64,000 bases of DNA from Planctomycetota bacterium (GCA_021805985.1 JAJZDN010000011.1:19151-83150); one strand, 5' to 3'. Shown: positions 41,912 through 51,949, numbered from the stretch's first letter. Notes: a model not told the origin generated them from the letters alone. Numbers and translations are program-made.

Positions 41912-42080
41912 CCGCACGGCGACATAATATTTCACCGACCGTTGCGGGACGCCGCTGTTGAAAATGCGGTGCAGCAGCCTGCTGGCTCGCTGCCGTGTGC
42001 CGAATTTCTTGCGGGCAATGATGGATAGCCGCAACAACGCTATGCCGTTAAGATACCGTTGGTATTTCATAGGAAGTATT

Positions 42081-43130
42081 ATGCCCTCACCTGCCGGCCT
42101 TGTTCAAGAGCTTGATCAATATCTGCACCGTCGGAGGTTGCTTGTGCCACGGATGCGCCTGCTGGTGGCGTGTTCCGGCGGGGCGGATAGCGTGGCATTA
42201 TTATCGCTTTTGCAGGCGATTAACCAATCGGACTATTGGCATTGGGAATTGATCGTTGGGCATGTGAACCATCAACTTCGCGGCATGGACTCCAAACGCG
42301 ATGAAGCGTATGTCCGAAATCTGGCCAAATCGCTGGACCTGCCGTTCCGGGTAAAAAAACTTAATCTTAAAGAAACGGGAGCTAATCGCGTCGTCAGTGA
42401 AAACGCAGCGCGCGAGGGGCGGTATAAGGCGTTATTGGCCATGGCTGCTTCGGACCGATGTAATGCTGTGCTGTTGGCCCACCATGCCGATGATCAGGCG
42501 GAGACGATTCTTATGCGTTTACTGCGTGGGGCCGGCGTGACGGGGCTGGCGGGCATGAATGAAAAAGAATGGCGCGGAAAGTTAGAACTGGTGCGTCCAT
42601 TATTACCGTGGCCCGGCGGTGAATTAAAGAAATGGCTTATCGAAAACAATCGGCCGTGGAGGGAGGATTTGAGCAACAACAATACACACTATTTGCGCAA
42701 CCGAATCCGGCATGAGTTGTTGCCGGCGCTGGAAAACTACCAGCCGCGAATTCGTGAGTTACTCCAGCGCAACGCCCGCCACGACAGAGCATCTGCAGAT
42801 TTTCTTAAACTTCATGCCAGAAAATTGCTGCGCGAAGGGCGTTATCGCCGGGGGCGTTATTCGGTAAGCGTTTCGATCAATACTGTGGCCCAAGCCCATC
42901 CAGCACCAGCCGCGCTGGCGTTGCGTATGGCAATTGTAGATGCCGGGGGGGATGAAGATGGCATTAACACCACGACATTACTGGACGTATTGGATAAACT
43001 TCAAGCTCGATCTCTGGCCGGGGAAATTCAGTTTGCTCGGGCGATAAGGCTGAAGGTAATCAGCGGTCGTATTAACATATTTCGCGTTGGCAGAAGCGGT
43101 GAGAAAATCCGGAGGCCGATCACATGCTGA
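42081..43130 (+). CDS. tilS: tRNA(Ile)-lysidine synthetase
   Basis: VACSGGADS, HVNHQLRG, AREGRY, HHADDQAET, RNRIRHELLP. Start moved to 42081. Confidence 0.95.
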   Translation: MPSPAGLVQELDQYLHRRRLLVPRMRLLVACSGGADSVALLSLLQAINQSDYWHWELIVGHVNHQLRGMDSKRDEAYVRNLAKSLDLPFRVKKLNLKETGANRVVSENAAREGRYKALLAMAASDRCNAVLLAHHADDQAETILMRLLRGAGVTGLAGMNEKEWRGKLELVRPLLPWPGGELKKWLIENNRPWREDLSNNNTHYLRNRIRHELLPALENYQPRIRELLQRNARHDRASADFLKLHARKLLREGRYRRGRYSVSVSINTVAQAHPAPAALALRMAIVDAGGDEDGINTTTLLDVLDKLQARSLAGEIQFARAIRLKVISGRINIFRVGRSGEKIRRPITC

Positions 43131-44371
43131 CTCGCTACGTTCGGATTTGGAAGCAGGTTGATTCCTGGGCTGCAGACGCCGTGCATTTTCGCCGTGCGGT
43201 GCTGGGGATATTTCTTTTTGCGCTAATCCTGCGTGTGGTCGCCGCCGTCGTGCATCCGTATTATCTGCCGGATTCTGCGGATTATTCTGCGTTGGCCAAG
43301 GCCATCGCCACGGGCCACCGTTATGAAGTTCACGGGCAGTTTGCACGACGAATGCCGGGGTATCCCGTTTTCATGGCGGGTTTTTATGCCTTGTTTGGGT
43401 TTCACCATTTGCCGATCCTGCTGGTGCAGGCAATGTTTAGTGCGTTAACTACGAGTTTTTGCGCTCTATTTGGCCGATATGTTTCTCCCGCGACCGGTTT
43501 ACTCGCCGGGGCCTTGGCGGCAGTGGATCCGTTGGGAATCGGATTTTCTGCTTCCTTGCTGACCGAACCGCTGTTTACTTTTGTGTTTGTGGTGAGTCTT
43601 TATCTGTTTTTCAAAATTATGCAGCGCCCGAACCGCTGGGGTCTTTGGGTCAGTTTTGCCGCTTTCTGGGCAGTGGGTGTCTATATTCGCGCTGAGGTTT
43701 CACTGTGCTTGTTTCCGCTACTTCTCTGGAGTGTTTTGGTTGCTTCGCGGGGGTCGGATCGGAAAAACAGCGCCTTGGGCGGTATTTTGGCAGTGCTTCT
43801 GGTGGGCGTATGTCTTTTGCCATGGTGGATTCGTAATGATCGACTGTTCCATCAGGATTTTTTCCGATTCACTACCTTGCAGGGGATCAGTCTTTACGAA
43901 TCGGTTTATTCTGGCGCTACCGGTGGACCGCGACAATCTGATCTGATCATACCGCCTTCGATTCAGCGGCTTAATGAAAGTCAGCGCGACCTGGCGTGGA
44001 CTCATCGAGCCTTTACAGATATCTTCCAACACCCATTGCGTGTGCTGGGCTTAGCATTTGTTAAAATCGCCCGTACCTGGTCTCCGTGGTTGCACGCTAG
44101 AGGATATGCCAGCCTCTGGCTTAATATCGTGCTGACCCTTTGGTATACTCCGCTATTTATTCTTGCGATAATCGGATTATTCCGGTACCCCATGTGGTCG
44201 CCTTTATTTGGAGTCCTGCTGGTTCCAATCGTATACTTTACATTAATGCATGCGGTGTTTCTCGGGTCGGTGCGGTACCGGGTTCCGGTTATGCCGCTGG
44301 TAGTGGTTTTTACGGCCATGGGTATGGCCCCTGCGATACGGCGAAAGCAAGATTCCGCACGCGTTGCGTGA
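43124..44371 (+). CDS. GT39/ArnT-like multi-pass membrane glycosyltransferase
   Basis: PDSADY, RMPGYPVF, LLTEPLF, PWWIRN, GSVRYRVP, about 11 TM segments. Confidence 0.8.
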   Translation: MLTRYVRIWKQVDSWAADAVHFRRAVLGIFLFALILRVVAAVVHPYYLPDSADYSALAKAIATGHRYEVHGQFARRMPGYPVFMAGFYALFGFHHLPILLVQAMFSALTTSFCALFGRYVSPATGLLAGALAAVDPLGIGFSASLLTEPLFTFVFVVSLYLFFKIMQRPNRWGLWVSFAAFWAVGVYIRAEVSLCLFPLLLWSVLVASRGSDRKNSALGGILAVLLVGVCLLPWWIRNDRLFHQDFFRFTTLQGISLYESVYSGATGGPRQSDLIIPPSIQRLNESQRDLAWTHRAFTDIFQHPLRVLGLAFVKIARTWSPWLHARGYASLWLNIVLTLWYTPLFILAIIGLFRYPMWSPLFGVLLVPIVYFTLMHAVFLGSVRYRVPVMPLVVVFTAMGMAPAIRRKQDSARVA

Positions 44372-44393
44372 ATCATTGATGTGGTGTTTGTTC

Positions 44394-47300
44394 ATGGCTG
44401 AATTTCCCCGTGCCAGTCCCGCCAAGTGGTGGAAAACCGCCTCCATCGGCCGCGTGCATCGATCGCCCCATGCCATGTTCGTCGGACGGATGCGCCGTAT
44501 AATTTCCATATCCATCTTACTGCTGCTTACGTTAATCATCGGTGCGGTCTGGTATCTGACCAACCCCAGGCGTTTAAGTGCCATGTCCGGATTGCTGCTC
44601 TCGCATGTGCTGGGCACGCGGGTAACCGTGCAAACCGCCCAACTTTCCTGGAATGGAACATTACGCCTGGGCGGCGTACGGTTGCGAACCAATCCGGGGA
44701 AAATGCCGTCGACCACCTTATTTTCCGCAGACCAGGTGGCAGTGAGTTTTAACTGGCTGGGACTGCTTAGCGGGCGACTGCACGCTTCGCAGATTACTGC
44801 TGTTCGCCCCATGCTGAATTTGGTCAATGATATTGCCGCCCGGCAATGGAACTATGAAGGATTTGCTCATTCCGCCACCGCGCTGTCGCGGACAACTTCG
44901 GCTCCCGCCTATCACAACAGTCGTCCCATGCAGTTACCCTCAATTAATTTGCAGGATGCTGTTGTGCGCTGGGGAGAAATTCGCCACGGCACTTATAAAA
45001 TTCTCGGCCAGAGTCTGATCAACGCTGAAATGGGGCCAAGTCCTGAATCTCATTCGACCTATCAAATAGATATGGAGCAACAGAGCTTTGATCGGCATCC
45101 GGGTATTGATCTAACCGGGCTATACAACATCAGCACACGTGAATTTTCCGCCCGGATCAATCAGATTCAGTTCAGCCGGAGCTTTCGCCAAACATTGCCT
45201 GCGCCGGTGCAGCAACTTTGGCGTAAGTTACATTTGCATGGGGGCTTGCGGAATATTGTCTTTCGGGTCAGCCCCGGTACGGGCGTGCATGTGCACGCGA
45301 TGCTTGATGGCGTATCGCTTGTGATCGTTGCGCCAAGCCACCGATTGGGACCACAAATTATTCCATTAAATAATCTCAAGGGGGCTGTGGCAATCAGCGG
45401 TACTGCTTTGACCATTGATCATTTAAGCGGCGCGGTGCTGGGTTGGAAATTCCAGGTGCCTGGCGCCCACTTTGATGGCTTTGAATCCGGTGCTCCATTT
45501 CATGCGACCGTCAAGCTTTCTAACGTCAATATTCCTTTGCCTTACCCGAAGATTTTTTCAACGCGTGATTTTTCACTGGCCCAGGCCATTTTTCACCGGT
45601 TGCGTCCCAGCGGGTTGCTGAACATCACGGTACATGTGGACCGCAGCCAATTACATGCTGCACCAGTCGTACACGGGGAAATTAACTGCAAGGATGTGCA
45701 TGCGCGATATATCAATTTTCCGTACCCGATGGACCATGTGCATGGGTTGATCCGTTTTACAACCCACCATATCAGCTTTGTCAATGTTCAGGCCAGTGCC
45801 GAGGCGTTCCCCGTGTCGCTCAATGGCAGCGTGGCAATCAACGAAAATGATGGTCCGATTCATCTGGTTATCAGTTCGCCGCACGCCTATTTTGATCGCA
45901 GGCTTGCAGCGAGCCTGCCCGCCAGCATTCGGCCTATCTGGAACCGGTTTAACCCGGTGGGGGTGGGCGGATTTGTCTGCGATGTAACGCACGCCGCCGG
46001 CACGCGTGGCGGTCCACAGATTGTGCTGCATATTTTTCCGCAGGATGTTTCCGGCGATTACCGTGATTTGCCGTATCCGCTGAAACATGTCCACGGCTCT
46101 CTGATATTTACAGATCACGAAACGAAAATCATTAAGCTCGAAGCTCCGGTGGGCAAGACGGGACATATTATATTTACCGGCAAAGTGACATATTCGCCGC
46201 ATAACCTCGCCAAGCTTCAGCCGATGGTTCATCTGCAGGCCGTTAATGTGCCGATTAATTCCACCTTAACCGGAAGTCTCCCAGCGTCCTGGGCCAAATG
46301 GATCAAATTGCTGCATGTCCAATCCGGCAATGCTGACCTTGATGCCATGATTACCCGCGGCACGGGTGGAAATCCATCGGTGCAGGGGAATGTGACGGTG
46401 GATCAGGGTGTAATGGCTCCGACGCAACTGCCATGGCCGGTGCGTGGCGTCACGGCTTTGGCACATATCAGTTCCGGCGGGTTAATCATCAATAGTGTTA
46501 CCGGGCGGACCGGATCCGATGGCAACGGTACGCTTACGGTGATGGGAGCCATCGCGGAACCAAATACCGGGCCGGTGCATGTGAGCATGAATGGAGGCTG
46601 GAAGAACGTTCGGATTGCTGCCGCGGCCCCCGCCAGCGTGCCTAAAGTCCTGGCGGATTTTTGGAACAAATGGAAAGTTCGCGGCTCCAGTAACGGAACG
46701 TTTACCTATTCGGTTAATGCACTCAAGAACCCGCTTACCGGAATCACCGCGATGCAGGATCAGCAATATCATGTGCTTATGCAACCGGATGGGATGACGG
46801 TGAAGCCGGCCTTTCTGCCGGCACCCCTATCCGGGGTCACCGGTGATGTGGATGTGACCGCCGGATCCATTCGTATGAAAAATATTCAGGCTAGCGCGGG
46901 GGCCCAGCACCTGAAGCTTTCCGGCGTTTATCATACCGGATCCGACTCTTTGGGACTTTCCGTCATTGCCCAGGGGCCGCACCTGTCCAAACGATGGTTG
47001 TCTTTAATTCCCGGGTCCACTGGCCAGTTTATCGACGGACTTCAACCGCATGCAAGCTGGCTTCTTGAACTGCCCAAGTTGAAGCGCATCAAGGTGGGCA
47101 AGGCCTATCGCTGGCATGTTACCGGATCATTGGTGCTTAATAATCTTGCCACGATGGGCGATATTAAACTCAAAGCAAAACAGGCAACGGTTACCATCGC
47201 ACTGGATCTGTCCCCCGGCAATTCTTTCCCCATGCTCGATGGGCAGTTTGGCGTGACGCGCTTAAATTGGAAAGGCAGAATTGCCAATCCGTTGACCGGA

Positions 47301-47978
47301 GAAATTACCGCTAATTCGTCCACCCACGTGATCACCATTGATAAAATCAATGGAATGGTCGATGGCGGCAAGCTGACCGGAAAAATTCATATCCATACGG
47401 GAAAGGAGGCATCTTATGATGTCGCCTGCCAGTTGCATGGCTCACAATTAGCCCAACTTTTAAGCACTTCCGCGCACGCCGGCGCGGCCAAAGGCATCCA
47501 GACCAGTACGGGACTTGTCGACGCCTCCCTGAATTTAAGTGCGGTATTAGGCCAACATCCGACCCGGCAAGGCAGCGGGCAACTGGTGATTCATAGCGCC
47601 CGCATTTATGACGTACCCATGGCCATGGGTCTTATGCAAATTGTAACCCTGCGCTTACCCATCAGCTCGGATTTTCAGCACGCGCACGTACAATACTTCA
47701 TCAACAACAATATGGTGCGCTTTAATCCCATTTCCTTAAGCAGCCCGGGTGTTAATCTGGTGGGCGAAGGCTCCTTGAATTTACAAAGCTCTGATCTGGA
47801 TCTGCGATTTATAACGCAATCTCCCCACGGCACGCGTGTGCCGCTGCTGGGGTTCATTTTTGGACTTGCCCGATCGCAACTTCTCGAGTTGCGCGTTTCC
47901 GGCACCCTGGCCCATCCGGTCATAGCACCGGTCCCCTTACGCTTCCTGACCTGGCCCTTCACAGGTTTTGGGCAATAA
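44394..47978 (+). CDS. AsmA/TamB-like envelope protein
   Basis: N-terminal TM anchor, long beta-strand-rich body, AsmA-type C-terminus (NLVGEGSLNL...LRVSGTLAHP). Start uncertain (44394/44475/44490). Confidence 0.75.
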   Translation: MAEFPRASPAKWWKTASIGRVHRSPHAMFVGRMRRIISISILLLLTLIIGAVWYLTNPRRLSAMSGLLLSHVLGTRVTVQTAQLSWNGTLRLGGVRLRTNPGKMPSTTLFSADQVAVSFNWLGLLSGRLHASQITAVRPMLNLVNDIAARQWNYEGFAHSATALSRTTSAPAYHNSRPMQLPSINLQDAVVRWGEIRHGTYKILGQSLINAEMGPSPESHSTYQIDMEQQSFDRHPGIDLTGLYNISTREFSARINQIQFSRSFRQTLPAPVQQLWRKLHLHGGLRNIVFRVSPGTGVHVHAMLDGVSLVIVAPSHRLGPQIIPLNNLKGAVAISGTALTIDHLSGAVLGWKFQVPGAHFDGFESGAPFHATVKLSNVNIPLPYPKIFSTRDFSLAQAIFHRLRPSGLLNITVHVDRSQLHAAPVVHGEINCKDVHARYINFPYPMDHVHGLIRFTTHHISFVNVQASAEAFPVSLNGSVAINENDGPIHLVISSPHAYFDRRLAASLPASIRPIWNRFNPVGVGGFVCDVTHAAGTRGGPQIVLHIFPQDVSGDYRDLPYPLKHVHGSLIFTDHETKIIKLEAPVGKTGHIIFTGKVTYSPHNLAKLQPMVHLQAVNVPINSTLTGSLPASWAKWIKLLHVQSGNADLDAMITRGTGGNPSVQGNVTVDQGVMAPTQLPWPVRGVTALAHISSGGLIINSVTGRTGSDGNGTLTVMGAIAEPNTGPVHVSMNGGWKNVRIAAAAPASVPKVLADFWNKWKVRGSSNGTFTYSVNALKNPLTGITAMQDQQYHVLMQPDGMTVKPAFLPAPLSGVTGDVDVTAGSIRMKNIQASAGAQHLKLSGVYHTGSDSLGLSVIAQGPHLSKRWLSLIPGSTGQFIDGLQPHASWLLELPKLKRIKVGKAYRWHVTGSLVLNNLATMGDIKLKAKQATVTIALDLSPGNSFPMLDGQFGVTRLNWKGRIANPLTGEITANSSTHVITIDKINGMVDGGKLTGKIHIHTGKEASYDVACQLHGSQLAQLLSTSAHAGAAKGIQTSTGLVDASLNLSAVLGQHPTRQGSGQLVIHSARIYDVPMAMGLMQIVTLRLPISSDFQHAHVQYFINNNMVRFNPISLSSPGVNLVGEGSLNLQSSDLDLRFITQSPHGTRVPLLGFIFGLARSQLLELRVSGTLAHPVIAPVPLRFLTWPFTGFGQ

Positions 47979-48020
47979 CCCGATAAATGGTTATAATTTC
48001 CGCCAGACCCGGACATACCG

Positions 48021-48094
48021 GCGCCCGTAGCTCAGTTGGATAGAGCGGTGGTTTCCTAAACTGCAGGTCACAGGTTCGATCCCTGTCGGGCGCA
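48021..48094 (+). tRNA. tRNA-Arg (CCT)
   Basis: GCGCCCG/CGGGCGC acceptor, GCTC/GAGC D stem, TTCCTAA loop, ACAGG-TTCGATC-CCTGT T arm. TATAAT at 47992. Confidence 0.95.
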
Positions 48095-48097
48095 TTG

Positions 48098-48402
48098 GGC
48101 CAAAGGCCCAATAGAGCAGGAGAATTTAGAACAGGTGAACAGGAGAGCAAATAAGGCTGGAACATAAGAGAGGCTGTCGCCGAGACGAGAAAACCGATCC
48201 TGCGGTCACCTGTTCACCTGATCCGCGCATCAGGCCAAAGGCCCGATAGAGCAGAGAATTTAGAGAGTTTAGCAGGAGAGCAAATAAGGCTGGAACAAAA
48301 GAGAGGCTGTGGCCGAGACGAGAAAACCCATCCTGCGGTCTACTACCCTACTCTCTACTGCTCAAGGCTCGATAGTGCAGAATCGGGCTGGCACCCGATT
48401 AG
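48098..48402. repeat. Tandem 135-bp repeat (2 copies plus partial third) directly after tRNA-Arg
   Basis: GGCCAAAGGCCC(A/G)ATAGAGCAG...GGAGAGCAAATAAGGCTGGAAC...GAGACGAGAAAACC..TCCTGCGGTC starting at 48098 and 48233. Confidence 0.9.
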
Positions 48403-48538
48403 GGGAAAGAGCTGTGCGGCTTACTACCGAGTTTGCAATCGACCCTTTAGCCGAAATAGAAGTGTCACCCCCAGTCCGGGATATACGGGGCAGCACGGAT
48501 TAATTACCGGAGCGAGGTTTTCTCAATATGGTACCTAA
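48401..48538 (+). pseudogene. Possible orphan toxin C-terminal tip remnant
   Basis: Start-less frame ...SCAAYYRVCNRPFSRNRSVTPSPGYTGQHGLITGARFSQYGT* whose last codons overlap the SMI1 gene start (ATG 48528, TAA 48536-48538). Confidence 0.35.
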
Positions 48539-48998
48539 CATTGAATCATTACTGGATCGCGTGCTGGCTATTCCAGAAATTGAACACGGTACCGGAGCGA
48601 CAGGCCATGAGATTGAAGAGGCTGAGCAATTGCTCTGTTTGAAAATTCCAGTGGACTATTGTGTTATGCTTCGTCGGGCCGGGTGGCTGGCAATCGGCCA
48701 TCAGGAATTCTGGGGACTTGGACCGGACGTGCCCAAGCATCTCCATCTGGTTCGCGCTACTCAATTGTGGCGGACAAACCAGTGGGTGGGGTTGCCGGGC
48801 CATCTGCTACCGATAAAAGAGGACGGCGGCGGAAATCTGTTTTGCCTGGATTGCTCGCACCCTGATCTGAACGAGCATCCTATCATTTTTCAGAGCCGTG
48901 ATGCAGAGCCTGCTAACCGCAGTAGTTTCTGGGCCGCAACGCTCTGTGAATTTGTCGAGGATTATGTCGACGAATTTCTGGCGGAAGAGTTACAGTAG
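48528..48998 (+). CDS. SMI1/KNR4 (SUKH) family immunity protein
   Basis: GATGHEIEEAEQLLCLKIPVDY..ML, EFWGLG, LLPIKEDGGGNLFCLD. Confidence 0.9.
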   Translation: MVPNIESLLDRVLAIPEIEHGTGATGHEIEEAEQLLCLKIPVDYCVMLRRAGWLAIGHQEFWGLGPDVPKHLHLVRATQLWRTNQWVGLPGHLLPIKEDGGGNLFCLDCSHPDLNEHPIIFQSRDAEPANRSSFWAATLCEFVEDYVDEFLAEELQ

Positions 48999-49025
48999 TA
49001 AAAGGCGAGGCTGGCCCTTCGGGAA

Positions 49026-49229
49026 GTGAAACTTGGCTGCGCCGGCTGGCCGTGGCAGGCGATGGTAAAGCGAAACTTGGAGTATACAATACATTCCGAA
49101 GGGCGACCCGTAGGCCCAACCGGAGGCCTAATAATGAAACAAGGACTTGCCTCCCCAGATTGCTTCATCAGTCGCAAACAACCGATTGGTCTGAATAAGG
49201 CCATGTATCCAGAGGCTTTTAACAAATGA
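49026..49229 (+). pseudogene. Possible orphan toxin tip / gene remnant
   Basis: Short ORF ending PIGLNKAMYPEAFNK with an ATGA stop/start overlap onto the next gene. Confidence 0.35.
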
Positions 49230-49624
49230 ACGCTAAAGAATTTATCCAGGGGGTGATCAAACACATGCGGTCAGGGACGGAAGGGGCGATCTCTTTTATA
49301 GGTTCTCCGCCCCCGGGCAGAAAACCTCTTCCGAAAGGGATGGAAATGCACAATTGGTACCGAGGCTTATCCAACATCGATAAGGAGATGGTGAACAAGC
49401 TAATCAATGAAGTGACCGAGGGAACTGTTTACGGGCTGCTGATGGTTCTCGATCACAAGATGTTCGTGGAGGGCTATGGCGAGAAGGGTGTGCTGGAACT
49501 GCACTATCGCGATCGTGATGGCAAGGCCGTCCGTCTGAATCCGCTTGGCGGAGAGAATGGGAAGGATTTGGAATATTATTTCAAGGAATTCCGTGATTCG
49601 GGAAGCAATATGGGGAATGGCTAG
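49226..49624 (+). CDS. Hypothetical protein, immunity-protein-like
   Basis: 132 aa, PPPGRKP...WYRGLS..DKEMV...GTVYGLLMVLD...LELHY..LN pattern. Island context. Confidence 0.7.
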   Translation: MNAKEFIQGVIKHMRSGTEGAISFIGSPPPGRKPLPKGMEMHNWYRGLSNIDKEMVNKLINEVTEGTVYGLLMVLDHKMFVEGYGEKGVLELHYRDRDGKAVRLNPLGGENGKDLEYYFKEFRDSGSNMGNG

Positions 49625-50068
49625 GTTGGCCTGTTGCAGAGCCTCACCGAGTTGGGAAGAATTAAGCCCCAATGGATCGCGGAACCTTGGAAAGGGTGAC
49701 GCCCGTCGATTCCGAACCCTACCGGGGCCGAAAGATAAGCCCGAAAGAGGCCGCCGCGGGCCTTTGGCGGCTGTTGGTTGACTGCGGCAAGCAGTTATCT
49801 GGTTGCGTCGGGTTTCGCTTCGTCAGCGAAAGTCGAAGCCAGCCCCTTGGCACCGAATCGCGGCCGCGCCGGACGATGGTAAACTTAAGCTCGGGGCGTA
49901 CAATATGCTCAATAAGGCGATCCATGTGGGCCAGACAGGGCGGTCTAAAATGATCCGCGTACCCGTTTCGCTTCGCCAAATCTGGAGCGGGCGGAGAGAA
50001 TGGGGAAGGTAGCGGCTGGCCATCTGTCCACGAGAATCCGAGAAAATCCAAAAGGGGTCCGTTGAGAT

Positions 50069-51301
50069 ATGCCAACTGAACTGGAAGAACTCAAACAGAT
50101 TTACGCTGAATTATCCGAGCTTGCCAAGTGCGGTGCCGGATTCCATGCGCAAATTGAAAAGTGGCCTCTGCTCTATAAGCGGAAGCCAGCGAGTGCGAGG
50201 CAGACTCATCAGCCCCCCGGCATAGTCGCGTACGCCGGCGCCCTTCTCTCAGATACGCTGCCCATCGCTGGCGAATTCGAACCCGACGGGCGGCCCTGGC
50301 TGGACGCCAACGGAAACCCAATCGTAAACAGCGTCGGAAGACCGTTTCGCATGATCCCGGGCTGGAAAGCATCGGTATGCTTGGTGGATGAGACAATAGG
50401 CCCATCGGCCGACGCCCAAGAAATTAGGAAAAAGATAACCGAGATGCTCAAAATGCTTGGGCGTTTCCTTCCCGCAGAGGCATCGTCAATGAAGTTGAGC
50501 GGCGATTCGGTGGGGCCTTGGCTGCTCCACTTGGCCCAGAAGTGTGCCTCCGGTGCCGCGGGTAAGCGGCACCAGACGCAGTGGGCGCAGTTCGGATGGA
50601 CAGACAACGGCTGCCTCGTGCAAGTGGTAGACGCTACCCCAGAGTGGCCACCTCCGGGAATTGCGCGTTCTCTTGGGGATCCGCCACCCCAGATGGTCGA
50701 GATCGCGGATGTCGCCGGTGCCAGTCGAGTTGTGCTATCCGAGTGGATCTCAGAGATGGAGTCGAGGCAGGGAAGCCAACTCCCGGAAGCTGGACCGATC
50801 GCCGACACCGCTACGCATAAGTTTGCTGTGGCATTCACCTTCCCCGGCGAGAAAAGGTCGTACGTGGAAAAAGTGGATAAGGCGCTTCAGATATTACTTG
50901 GGCCGGATCAGATATTTTACGACAAGCGTTACGAGCACGAATTGGCAAGGCTGGATTTGGACACCTACCTCCAATCGCTTTACCACGACCGGGCTGAGCT
51001 AATCGTGGTCTTCTTATGCAGCGAATATAATCGCAAGGACTGGTGCGGAATTGAGTGGCGGGCCGTTCGTGACATCATAAAGAAAAGGCAAGGGGATAGC
51101 GTTATGCCGTTTCGATTCGACAACGCTAATATTCCCGGGCTACTCTCAATTGATGGGTACATCGACGCCGCCGCCACCGCGACGGAGAAGGCCGCCGAGC
51201 TTATCCAGAAACGGCTTTTGGCTAACCGCCGTGCGTCCAGCGCCGCCGTTCCTAGTCGCGATACGCCGCCGGCCAACCTTGGCCCCGCAGCAGATTCGTA
51301 G
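50069..51301 (+). CDS. TIR-domain protein with uncharacterised N-terminal region
   Basis: C-terminal FAVAFTFPGEKRSYV...IFYDKRYE...LDTYLQSLY...LIVVFLCSEY.RKDWCGIEW...MPFRFDNANIPG, with the catalytic-position Glu in WCGIEW. Confidence 0.85.
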   Translation: MPTELEELKQIYAELSELAKCGAGFHAQIEKWPLLYKRKPASARQTHQPPGIVAYAGALLSDTLPIAGEFEPDGRPWLDANGNPIVNSVGRPFRMIPGWKASVCLVDETIGPSADAQEIRKKITEMLKMLGRFLPAEASSMKLSGDSVGPWLLHLAQKCASGAAGKRHQTQWAQFGWTDNGCLVQVVDATPEWPPPGIARSLGDPPPQMVEIADVAGASRVVLSEWISEMESRQGSQLPEAGPIADTATHKFAVAFTFPGEKRSYVEKVDKALQILLGPDQIFYDKRYEHELARLDLDTYLQSLYHDRAELIVVFLCSEYNRKDWCGIEWRAVRDIIKKRQGDSVMPFRFDNANIPGLLSIDGYIDAAATATEKAAELIQKRLLANRRASSAAVPSRDTPPANLGPAADS

Positions 51302-51399
51302 GCCGCCACGGAAGTGCTCGCGCTTCTGCGCCTGGAGCGGCAACTGGACCAGAGATTTATGACGCCCCGGGACCGGGCGTGTTGCAACTAGGAGCAACA

Positions 51400-51657
51400 A
51401 TGAGGCTGATCGAAATCATTCGGGATTTGGAACTCCTTGAGAACGAAGGCACTATTTGCGTGCTCAAACCTTGGACGGAAAATTCTCCGGCAGTTGTCGC
51501 AGTGAAGCCCGAGGCCGCAGACTCTGGGATGGAATACTTCATGGATGTTTTTATCGCTCGCGAATTCTTGGATGGCTGGGCCTCTAATCTCGACACGCAT
51601 CCAACCCTTGAGGAAAAATGTTTGAGATTAATCCAGTACGCAATTAATGACGCGTGA
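51400..51657 (+). CDS. Small acidic protein, DUF7716-like / putative immunity protein
   Basis: AGGAG RBS before ATG 51400. Contains MEYFMDVFIAREFL and ends LIQYAINDA. Confidence 0.6.
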   Translation: MRLIEIIRDLELLENEGTICVLKPWTENSPAVVAVKPEAADSGMEYFMDVFIAREFLDGWASNLDTHPTLEEKCLRLIQYAINDA

Positions 51658-51949
51658 GGGCGTCTGGTGCAAGAGCCCCGCAGAGTGTGCGTATTGCGGC
51701 GGCTTGGCGAGGTGAGCGGGTGTCGAATTTCATAATAATGGACGGCCTGGTGCACGCCCCGCAGTGCCGTGATATGGAACTAAGGCCGTATGTTGAACAA
51801 TATTCGCGGGCTGGCGTATCGGCGCGTATCTGCCGCCGGCGTGGCCGCAAATATGATTCATAGGCAGAGCAAATATAAAGGAAATCACGCGAGGTCGTGT
51901 GGGACGAACACTTTCACCAAAACGGCACGAAGGCAAAATGCCGTTGGCG

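Noticed and set aside
49672-50075. Integrase or excisionase remnant in overlapping short ORFs
   Set aside because: Only vague resemblance (ISPKEAA; IRRSMWAR), with no HxLR or R-H-R-H-Y motifs.
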